From: Rhynchobatus australiae
Lineage: Eukaryota
Direction: 5' to 3'
Length of the DNA stretch: 64,000 bases
Assembly: GCA_034780895.1 (NCBI GenBank)
Contig: JAUZTB010000107.1
Coordinates: 38,465,788 to 38,529,787 of the forward strand
Numbering within the stretch: position 1 is the stretch's first letter; each line of letters begins with the position of its first letter. A program made the position numbers and the translations under genes. Below are positions 26,947-37,300 of this stretch, piece by piece. The notes below the pieces were generated by a model that was not told where the DNA came from, searched no databases, and worked only from the letters and a program-made list of their open reading frames with translations.

Positions 26947-27639
26947 CTAAGAATAAGGATGGCAAGTTTTCTTCTCAAAATGAAAAAAAGGCCTTACAAG
27001 AATAATTTAGGTTTATAGTCACCATTAATCATACCAGATTTAATTAAATTAATTCCGATTATCAAAATGCCATGATGGGGACTGTATGGATTATCAAACC
27101 AGGCCTCTGGATTACTCAACCAGTGGTGTAACCACAATGCTACAGTAACCAGCAGGTACACTAGTTGTAGCCACTGGATTGGTCACGTGCTAATTTAGTT
27201 ACATCCATTTGTTAAATGTTATTTTATTTTTATTGGTACCTACATATTTTTTGCATAAATTGAAAATTTCTGTACTGAACTGTTAAATGGTGATATGGTG
27301 TTCACCATGCAGTGCATGTGAACATTTAGCATAAGAATTTTCAAATAAAACTTAAGTTAATTCAATAATGAGAAACAGAAATTTTAGAAATACAAAATCT
27401 GATTCTACAAAAAAATAGCAAAGTAAGCCAACATTGATAAAGACAAGCCAGATTATGAAATTTCTTGTTGAACCAGAGATCAGAACTGAGGCAAAGTATT
27501 TGCTTGAAATGTCATAATTTTCTTTTCCTGTATAAAAATCTGCTCAGTATTTACTATTTTTTTCTGAAAATTAACAACTTATTATTATGCATGACAGGCA
27601 AAGGATAATCAATGGTGATGAAACAAAACACATTTTAGG

Positions 27640-27972
27640 ACAGCACAGTAGCACGGCTAGAAGGACTGCTACTGCACAGCTCCAGTGGCCCAGGTGCAAT
27701 CTTGACCTCTGGTGCTGTCTGTACGGAGTTTGCATGTTCTCCCCGTACGTGTCTCCTCTGAGTGCTCTGATTTCCTCTCACATCCCAAAGACATGTAGTT
27801 TGGTGGGTTAATTGACCATTGTAAAATTGACCTACTGTGCAGGTGAGTGGAAGAGCATGGGGGCAGTAAAAGGAAATGCGGGGGGGGGGAATGGGATTAG
27901 TGCAGGATTAGTGCAAATGGGTGCTTGATGGTCAGTGCCAAAGGGCCTACTTCCATGCTGTACCTCCATGAT
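27640..27972 (+). mobile_element. V-SINE (HE1-like), near full length
   Basis: ctgtctgtacggagtttgcatgttctccccgt V-domain and a CR1-like tail. Confidence 0.8.
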
Positions 27973-28341
27973 TCAGATTATATTTTTAATACATAATATT
28001 CAAGGATTTTTATTGATACTTTCAGTTGCAAGTTATTGATTATGTGACCATAATAAATCAGTAGCCTTGGTAGTTTTAGTTATATACTGTTTAATGTTAA
28101 GAACATAGACGAGGATAAGCAAGATGTCTGTAATAGGTTAATTGGAGGCAAAAAAAAGTTATCAGTATTAAAAAAGGTGCTGAAAAAATGAAGTTAATAA
28201 TGAATTATTACTATTTAGGGCTGTGGCAGTGATTTTTCTTTCACCAGCCAATTCAGGATTCACCCGTTATCTAAGCAATGCACTAACACTGATATTGATT
28301 CACCTGATGAATTCCAAAACCCATAAATAGTAACCNNNNNN

Positions 28342-28620
28342 GTACTCAGTTGGTGAACTATAATCCTCTGAGCCAGAAGGCTGTGAATTTCAGCTTTCAG
28401 CATGTAAACTAAATTGAGGCTTCAGTACAGTAATGTCCATGTGGTGATTTTATACTGAGAATCCATCTGATTCACAGATGGGATACCATGGCATTATTTG
28501 AGAAAGAACGTTTTCCCAGTCATCTAACCAATATTCTACTCTCATCCACCAAAAATAAAGACAAACAGACCATTCCCATCCTTGCCATTTGTGAGCTTCA
28601 GCTGGTTTACCGCATATTGA
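28342..28620 (+). mobile_element. Deu-domain SINE (SacSINE1-like), degraded
   Basis: ctctgagccagaagg head, gataccatggcattatttg and ccaatattctactctca motifs. Confidence 0.55.
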
Positions 28621-29744
28621 AAATACACAGAATTTGCAGCGCGAAAACAGGCCAATTGGGCCGTCTGATCCACATCAGATTTAGTGCTTTTCCCAATCAT
28701 TTCCTCCAACCACAGCCAGTATAATACTTAATCCTTGCCCCACTGGGTAACTCATCAACAAGAATTCCAAATGCAAATAAAGCCTTGGATTAACAAGCAT
28801 TGTTTTCCTACCGCTAATACTGATGAAATGAAACTAAAGCGCCAAGCTTAATGATAAACTAATCTAACACTGAAAAATAACAATACAGAATTTTATTTCA
28901 ATAACTGGGGCTCTATTTGATAAAAGCATGGATAACTTCAAGACTCAAGCAATAACAAAAATGCATACAAGCAGACTATACCTCAAATTGCAGAACCATT
29001 ACAACACAGGAGACCAGCCAGGCCATCAAGCCATTATAAGCTTTCTGCAAAATCAGTCTGGTCAGTCTCATTCAATAGCTCTTTCCCCATAGCCCTGCAA
29101 TTGTTGCCTACTATCTCTCCAATTCACTCTTGAAAACAACAATTAAATTTGTTTGTATAACCCTTTCGGATGGTGCAGTTCAGATCACATCTACCTTCTA
29201 TTAACATCCTGAGAAATGAAATGCAGTTTATTTTTCAGAACAGAAATTCCAGCAAAAACTTGAGCTCACTCACAGCCCAAATACTGTTAACACCCTTCCT
29301 ACCTATTCCAGATACAAATATTCCAGAGATTAGCAGAGGCAGATCACAAGCAAAGAAGCATGAAGCATTTTGTGATCCCAAAACCAGAATGTGTTGAATG
29401 GGGAAATGTTTCCACTCAAAAATACTCAAAATAATCAAAATTAAAGACCATATTATTATCTTGTTAATCAAAAAAATACGATTCTCAGTGCTATATAAAA
29501 TGGCTAGATGGTTACCTCCACAATCTAATGTGTCTATATCATTGAGGTTTTGCTGTATTGAACTGAATGTTTGGATTGCACAAAGTAAAATTCAGGAATT
29601 TGAATGACCCTCTTCAAAAGTTAGGCTTGACACAATGACTGCATTGTTGTTATTTTCCTCTCATGTTCTGGAAAGGACATTCCTATTCTAGGGGTTTATG
29701 TAAGATTGAAATTCAGATCCTGAAGTAAAAAAAAATTAAAATTA

Positions 29745-29890
29745 AAAATCTTGTAGATGCTGGAAATCTGAAATAAAAACAGAAAATGCTGGGAATATTC
29801 ACCAGGCAGGATCAGTGGAAAGAGAAACAAATAAAATTTTAGGTCAAAGACCCAAGTATTCAGCAGGTCACTAGGCATCTTCTGTTTTCA
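29745..29890. repeat. Short Penelope-derived terminal repeat
   Basis: gtagatgctggaaatctgaaataaaaacagaaaatgctgg; similar copies at ~8290-8400, ~26300 and ~52005. Confidence 0.55.
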
Positions 29891-30649
29891 ATAACATAGC
29901 CACCATTACATCAAGCACACGTTCGCCAATTAAATGTAAAGATTTGGTTTTCCCAAAAGGTTCAGTAATTCGTTAGGAATGAAAGGCTTTGGAGAACTGA
30001 GAAGATATGATAAAATACCAGTTAAACGCAAATTGCCTCTTTCTACCGAAGACAACCGCATGAACATAAATTGTGAGATCGCAGAAAGATTTTGTATTTA
30101 TATGTGCAATAACAGCAACATTTTTCAGTTAAAGTTTTTTTTTAAACTTTGGTTTTAACATTGGTCATCACTCCAACAACCAACCCTCTGGTAAACTGAT
30201 AACCCTGGTATCCTTTGAAATGTTTACAATGCAAATAAATACAGCAAGACAGAAGAGTAAAACATTCTGACGTCCTCTGATGCATCCTATGTCACGTGAT
30301 CTGGGTGCCTTTGAAAAGCAGAATACACAGTCTAAGGAACTAAGGCTTCAACCATAAATAACAAACTGAAGTATTTAACATGAAACAGGTAAATGTATAG
30401 AGGGAGTACCTTAGTTGTTGTAAAGAATGAATCTAACCATGGAGAAGCTCTTCATACATGAATATGTTACTGTAGAACAGTCTTATTCTATTGCAGCTAG
30501 CTTTAGCCCAACTACTAACCAACTGCAATATAAACGTAATTTCAAATTTCTTTAATTATATCAAGTAACACAGGAATAAGAAATGCATTGAACTTTACAA
30601 GATTTGAACCAATATTTACATATTCAAAACCAACTGGCAAACATATTTT

Positions 30650-30935
30650 ATTTCTTTATTCATCTTTCAGGATCCAGGCATCACTAGCAAGGAGAATGCT
30701 TATTGCCCATAACTGCCACTGAGAAGGCAGTGGTAAATCATATCTTGAATTACTGAAGTCCTTCTGGTAAAGGTAATCCCAGAATGCTGTTAGGTAGAGT
30801 ATTCCAGAATTTAGATCCAACAATGAAGAAACAGCAGAATATTTCCAAGCTAGAATGGTATGTAGTGTGATGGAACCTGTTTCTATGCACCCGCTGCCCT
30901 ACTTGATGCAAGGTGTCATGACTTTTGAAGATACT
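30650..30935 (-). mobile_element. Old LINE 3' fragment, left half of an element split by the CR1 insertion
   Basis: SKFWNTLPNSILGLPLPEGLQ remnant; collinear with 25020-25320. Confidence 0.6.
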
Positions 30936-30937
30936 AA

Positions 30938-32062
30938 TGGAATGGATCCAGAACTGGCTGGCCCACAGAAGGCAGAGTGGTTGTTGAAGGGTTGTATTCT
31001 GAGTGGAGATCGGTGACCAGTGGTGTACATCAGGGATCTGTTCTGGGACCATTACTCTTTGTGATTTTTATAAACAACCTGGATGAGGAAGTGGAGGGAT
31101 GGATTAGTAAGTTTGCGGATGAGACAAAGGTTAGATGTGTTGTGGATAGTATGGAGGGCTGTCAGAGGTTACAGCAGGACATAGATAGGATGCACAGTTG
31201 GGCTGAGAAGTGGCAGATGTAGTTCAACCCAGAGAAGTGTGAAGTGGTTCATTTTGGTAGGTCAAATGTGATGGCAGAGTATTAATGGTCGGACTCTTGG
31301 CAGTATAGAGGATCAGAGGGATCTTGGGGTCAAAGGACGCTCAAAGCAGCTGCACAGGTTGACTCAGTGGTTAAGAAGGCATATGGTGTATTGTCCTTCA
31401 TCAATCGGGGAATTGAATTTAGGAGCCAAGAGGTATTNNNNNNNNNNNNNNNNNNNNNNNNNNNNNNNNNNNNNNNNNNNNNNNNNNNNNNNNNNNNNNN
31501 NNNNNNNNNNNNNNNNNNNNNNNNNNNNNNNNNNNNNCAGTACTGTGCTCAGTTCTGGTCACCTCACTACAGGAAAGATGTGGAGGTCATAGAGAGGGTG
31601 CAGAGGAGATTTACAAGGATGCTGCCTGGATCGTGGAGCATGCCTTATGAAGGTAGGTTGAGGGAACTCAGCCTTTTCTCCTTGGAGTGATGGAGAATGA
31701 GGGGGACCTGATAGAGGTATATAAGAAGATGAGAGGCATTTATCGGGTAGATAGTCAGAGGCTTTTCCCCAGGACTGAAATGGTTGCCACAAGAGGACGT
31801 AGGTTTATGGTGCTGGAGAGTAGGTACTGAGGAGACGTCAGATGTTTTCTACTCAGAGAGTGCTGAGTGTGTCGAATGGGCTACCGGCAACGGCAGTGGA
31901 AGCAGATACGAAAAGGTCTTCTAAGAGACTTTTGGATAAGTACATGGAGTTGAGAAAAAGAGAGGGCTATAGGTAAGCTGAGTAATTTCTAAGGTAGGGG
32001 CATGTTTGGCACAGCTTTGTGGGCCAAAGGGCCTGAATTGTGCTGTACGTTTTCTATGTTTT
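30938..32062 (+). mobile_element. Relatively young 5'-truncated CR1-like (HER1-type) LINE
   Basis: RT motifs VTSGVHQGSVLGPLLFVIFINNLD...SKFADETK, QYCAQFWSPHYRKD and an intact gggccaaagggcctgaattgtgctgta tail. Confidence 0.92.
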
Positions 32063-32064
32063 TA

Positions 32065-32430
32065 ATAGTCAAGATGAATGTCTGCAGTGTGTTGGGAGCA
32101 GAGAGAGTGATTGTTTAGGGTGGGTTGCCAATCAAGCAGCTGCTTTGTCCTGAATGGTGATATGCTTCCTGAGTGTTGCTGAAACTGCATTCACCCAGGC
32201 AAACACTCCATCTCACTCCTGACTTGTGCCTTCTGGATGGACAAAAGCCTTTGGGATAACGGAGGGCAAGTCACTAACTGATCTGATCTGTTAGCCTCTG
32301 AGGCTGGTCCAGTTGAATTTCCTGACTCATGGTGTCTCCCAGGACATTCATGATGGTGGAATTCAGCAGTGGTAATATCTTCGGTTGTCATTAATTGGTG
32401 GTTCTACTCCCTCTTGATGTGGTTGGCCCT
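32065..32430 (-). mobile_element. Old LINE fragment, right half of the split element
   Basis: gttgccaatcaagcagctgctttgtcctgaatgg, collinear with 25420-25560. Confidence 0.6.
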
Positions 32431-32444
32431 TGCCTGTCATTTGT

Positions 32445-32535
32445 ATGGTGCAAATAAAAAGTGATATCGACCAGATAATCTGTTGATTGAGGGATTGGTA
32501 TTGGCCAGGGATAACTTGTGAAACAGCACCATTCT
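32445..32535 (-). mobile_element. Deu-domain SINE fragment
   Basis: Minus strand ccctggccaataccaatccctcaatcaacagattatctggtc. Confidence 0.6.
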
Positions 32536-32539
32536 GATT

Positions 32540-32732
32540 CAGAAACAGCTTCTTCCCCTCCACCATCAGATTTCTGAATACTCCATGAACCCAAGTACAC
32601 CACCTCCTTATTCCTTTTTTGCACTATTTATTTATTTTTTGTAATTTATAGTAATTTTATGTCTTTGTACTGTCCTGCTGCCACAAAAGCAACAAATTTC
32701 ACATCATCAGTGATAATAAATCTGATTCTGAT
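32540..32732 (+). mobile_element. Rex1-like LINE 3' tail
   Basis: aacagcttcttcccctccaccatcagatttctgaat...gataataaatctgattctgat. Confidence 0.65.
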
Positions 32733-34181
32733 GGGAACCGAAGAGAACTCACTCAGTGCAAAAGTCTCTCCTTTCCACATGCATCACCTACATTAATTGC
32801 TCACTTATCTAATATTCAAGAACAGGAAAGAAGGAGTGGGCCACCAGTGTCATCCCGAAATTGATTTACCCTTCTGTCCGCCGCAAGAAACACAGTGCCA
32901 CGAGGTCTGTCGAATGGGTACCTTTATTTAGCAGTACTGCTAGGAGAGTCCCTTTAGCACTCACTCAGAGTCGCTTCCCAAGGTANNNNNNNNNNNNNNN
33001 NNNNNNNNNNNNNNNNNNNNNNNNNNNNNNNNNNNNNNNNNNNNNNNNNNNNNNNNNNNNNNNNNNNNNNNNNNNNNNNNNNNNNNNNNNNNNNNNNNNN
33101 NNNNNNNNNNNNNNNNNNNNNNNNNNNNNNNNNNNNNNNNNNNNNNNNNNNNNNNNNNNNNNNNNNNNNNNNNNNNNNNNNNNNNNNNNNNNNNNNNNNN
33201 NNNNNNNNNNNNNNNNNNNNNNNNNNNNNNNNNNNNNNNNNNNNNNNNNNNNNNNNNNNNNNNNNNNNNNNNNNNNNNNNNNNNNNNNNNNNNNNNNNNN
33301 NNNNNNNNNNNNNNNNNNNNNNNNNNNNNNNNNNNNNNNNNNNNNNNNNNNNNNNNNNNNNNNNNNNNNNNNNNNNNNNNNNNNNNNNNNNNNNNNNNNN
33401 NNNNNNNNNNNNNNNNNNNNNNNNNNNNNNNNNNNNNNNNNNNNNNNNNNNNNNNNNNNNNNNNNNNNNNNNNNNNNNNNNNNNNNNNNNNNNNNNNNNN
33501 NNNNNNNNNNNNNNNNNNNNNNNNNNNNNNNNNNNNNNNNNNNNNNNNNNNNNNNNNNNNNNNNNNNNNNNNNNNNNNNNNNNNNNNNNNNNNNNNNNNN
33601 NNNNNNNNNNNNNNNNNNNNNNNNNNNNNNNNNNNNNNNNNNNNNNNNNNNNNNNNNNNNNNNNNNNNNNNNNNNNNNNNNNNNNNNNNNNNNNNNNNNN
33701 NNNNNNNNNNNNNNNNNNNNNNNNNNCCCCACCCCCCAAACCAGGATGTCAGTAATACAACAGTGGCGCCTGAGAGGCTGCTGATCGACACGTGACCGCA
33801 GAGAGGGACGGATGAAGTGCAGGCAGAAGAGTTTCAGTGTAATTTGGCATCACATACTGAACTGTTCCGTGCTCAAGTTCCAGGAGGACCTCAAACCTGA
33901 CGGCAACTATCCGAGGTGCGGGGACAAAAGGCAGCCACCCGGTCCCAGTTGCAGTCCTGCAAACCGTAACCTCCGGTTCTGCACCTCCACCGACCTCCCC
34001 GGCGCCGGCCGCCGGCCCGCAAACGCGCACCCGCGCAGGTCGCGATCGCGCGAGACTTGCCGTCGGTCGGAGTGCGCGCGCGGGAGCGGCCCCGCCCCTT
34101 TCCTGGTCACGTGGGATAGCCGCCCCGCCCCCTCCCTCCCCTCCCCTCCGGGCAGGCGCAGTGCGGCGACAGCCGAGGTCG

Positions 34182-34305
34182 ATGTGGAGACAGGCGCTGC
34201 GCATCGGGGCTGGGAGCTGGGTTTTGGGGCGAGGCCTGTTCACCATGCAGTTGAAGACGGTGGAGTTCGAGTCGCTGTTTACCGACGGCCTGAAGTGCGT
34301 GGCAG
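34182..34305 (+). CDS. TRNT1: TRNT1 first coding exon ([41 protein letters not shown])
   Basis: Not in the ORF track; translated by hand. Matches human [22 protein letters not shown]. Donor GCAG|gtgagg, phase 1. Confidence 0.93.
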
Positions 34306-37300
34306 GTGAGGGGCCGGAGTGAGGTTTGTTGGGCGCAAGCCGCTGGCTGCGGGCCTGACGCAGCCTGGGCCCCGCGTGGCCTGGTCCCTGGCTCCACCAT
34401 CTGCAGCAGGGCCGTCGGGATGCGGTGCTTGCGCCCTTCCCGGTTCTGGGCAGCGGCCGTGCTTGTGGTTTTGCAATCATTCCCCCTCCCTCCCCTTGCT
34501 TACCCCGCTCCTCCCCCTTTGCTTACCCCACCCCGCCCATTACCTGTTACGGAATAACCCGTGCATTTCCCCCCACCTTCTCCAGAATTGTTCGGTAAAA
34601 ATAACCACGAGCTGAGGATAGCGGGCGGCGCCGTGAGGGATTTGTTATGCGGGAAGCAGCCCGAAGACGTGGACTTCGCCACCACGGCCACCCCTGAACA
34701 CATGAAGGAGTTGTTCCAAGCTGCCGGCATTCGGATGATCAACAACAAAGGGGAGAAGCATGGCACCATTACTGCAAGAGTAGGTGGAAACTGCCACTCT
34801 GTTCCCGCTTCAGTGAAACCCCGTGCTCACTCTGTAATTCGCATTGCTGTCGCAACCGACATCTCAAAGATTGCTCTCAAATTTCAGCCTTTCGCTTTGA
34901 TATAAAACTCTTAAATTTTTAGAAATATCCTGACTGGAAAAGGACTATGATGCCACTTAAAGCTTTTTTTTTGCTGTTAAAGTAAATTCTTAGACTTAAT
35001 GGTCCAACAATTTAGGTTTAACGATTGACTGCAAATTGGTTTACATTAATATGTAGACTTTTTTCCATTAAGGGGTGAAATTTGGATTCCATTGCTAATC
35101 TTAAACTGAATTTTAATGAGGGAATGGCTATTCAAGTTATTGTTAACTTATCCAATTGTTAAAATATAATAGCACACTTAATTTAAACAATACATGTAGG
35201 GTTTTGCAAATATTTTCATTACCAAGTTTTATATCAAGCAATTGTGTTACTAAACACTTACCCTGATTTGAAAGTTTAGGTCTTTAAGCAATATATTCAT
35301 ACCGTAACATAATTCCACTTCTGCATCGTGATGAAAACTATCTCCAAATGTACATCACAGAATCTTAATTATTTCTAAAACTTAAATGCATTATGGAGAG
35401 CCTGATGTGACTGGAGTTCATGTAGCTCTGGCTCATGAAATTCTTCCCATCTTAACATCATCTGTTGTATCTTGATCAAAGCAAGATTGATAGTCATTGT
35501 GAGTTCATGGTCAATTTTAATGTACCTATTGTAAATATCTGGCATAGGTGCATAATCAGAACTTTGAGATTACTACATTGCGAGTTGATGTTGCAACAGA
35601 TGGAAGGCATGCTGAAGTACAGTTCACAACAGATTGGCAGACAGATGCTGAACGAAGAGATCTTACAATCAACTCGATGTTTTTAGGTATTCATGTTTTA
35701 GGCTGTGCTCNNNNNNNNNNNNNNNNNNNNNNNNNNNNNNNAAAAATATTTTTTCACCATGTGATTATGGTGTATTGAAACAGATTTTAATTTTTTTTAT
35801 TTGCTTCTCAGGCCTTGATGGTACTTTGTATGATTATTTCAATGGCTATGAGGATCTGAAAAACAAGAAAGTTCGTTTTGTAGGTGATCCAACACATAGG
35901 ATACAAGAAGATTATTTGAGAATAATGCGATATTTTAGGTTGGTGTGATTTTACTTCATTAATATCTAATTAAAGATATGTCCATTTATCAAAATCTTGC
36001 ATTGGGTCGAAGCAAGTCTTGGATTTTGACAGAAAACTTTGTTGTAGCATGATTTGTAGGAGTTGCATTCCTGTCCTCATTCAAGTACAAATAGTAATCG
36101 GGCCAGGGGAATAAGAGGTATACATAGAACCAAAATAATCACCACTTGCAAAGTTTAAAAACCATTCCAGTGAAGATGTAATTTTAATATTCTTACATGG
36201 TGAAATTATATTAATAAAGATGACTTTGAATTCTGAAATCTATTTTTAAGCTTCATAGAGAGTAATTGTAAATTGATGTGTATGAAGCATTACTATTTAC
36301 TAGTTTTCTGTACTTTTGCTTTCATTTTTTGCAATAAAATTGCTTGGAATCAAGTGTTAGAATGCAGTTGTAGCTAANNNNNNNNNNNNNNNTGTACATT
36401 CGCAGTTGATATGTTTTCCATTTACAATAGACTGAAAACTTCCTTGGGTAATTTTAATATAAACCAATTCTGGTTGAGAGGAGAAACTACTACTGCTTCA
36501 TATTGTATAAATTGTTCAAAATATTTTTTAAAATTTTCATGTTTGAAAAATGTGTAACATCAAGTTAATAAGCTATCTTTAGCTTAAGCTTGATAAACTC
36601 TTTATCGGTTGTGCTTTTTTTATTGTTTGTATATTTTAAATTTAATGCCAAAACCACTTTTAAAATTTTTGTGGTTGTTTTTCCCTAAGCCAGGGTTGTA
36701 TTCAGGAAATGGCATATTAAATTAAAATGAATTTGCATTATTAAATTCAGTCACTCCTCCAGATGACTGCTGTCCAATATAATTACAGAGAGAAGGGCCA
36801 GAATATAAGTTATGTCTGTTGGAGAAGGACTCTGTATTTGTGGGTTCCCTCTATGCCATCAGGTTGCAACTATCAATATATTTAAATTACATTTTAACAA
36901 TTGTCCTTCTGGTAGTGTTTTAGGGCTTGCAAGTTTCCAGGCCTGCTGGCAACAGGTTTTGGACCTGGCTGCCTTTTAATCCCTGTATTTTATTTTCACC
37001 CATATCATGGACTAAATTCGTGTACGTGTATGTGCTTTCACCCAGATCCACATCCACTGGTGCAGGAGATCTGACCTCCCATGCTGACCTTGTGCTGTTT
37101 TCCTGCATTTTTGATGCTGGCTTGATTGTAAGTGAGACTACCACCAACAAATCAATATATATAAAATCAGTTTTTGTTTGCTTTTAAAACAAAATGATGC
37201 TTTAGTTCTTTGAGGAAAGCTGAATGGCAATTAATAGGAAATTCATTATCAGGCCTCTTGTTGATGTATGCATGGCTATTCTTCCCTCCTCCCACCCCCC

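Larger units (their letters stand above)
33730..34860. promoter_or_regulatory. CpG island / TRNT1 promoter region
   Basis: Sharp GC and CpG enrichment against an AT-rich background. GC boxes (ccccgcccc at ~34090 and ~34123), CACGTG E-boxes at ~33789 and ~34108, and a TCGCGCGAGA element at ~34046. Confidence 0.85.

Noticed and set aside
9723-33791. Long ORFs in the track consisting mostly of X (e.g. 9723-10519, 14328-14855, 18804-19221, 26282-26709, 32861-33791)
   Set aside because: Artefacts of translating through N runs.
33749-34480. 243-aa minus-strand ORF and other overlapping ORFs in the CpG island
   Set aside because: Stop codons are rare in GC-rich DNA. The ORF is Ala/Arg/Pro/Gly-biased, antisense to TRNT1 exon 1, and has no recognisable domain.
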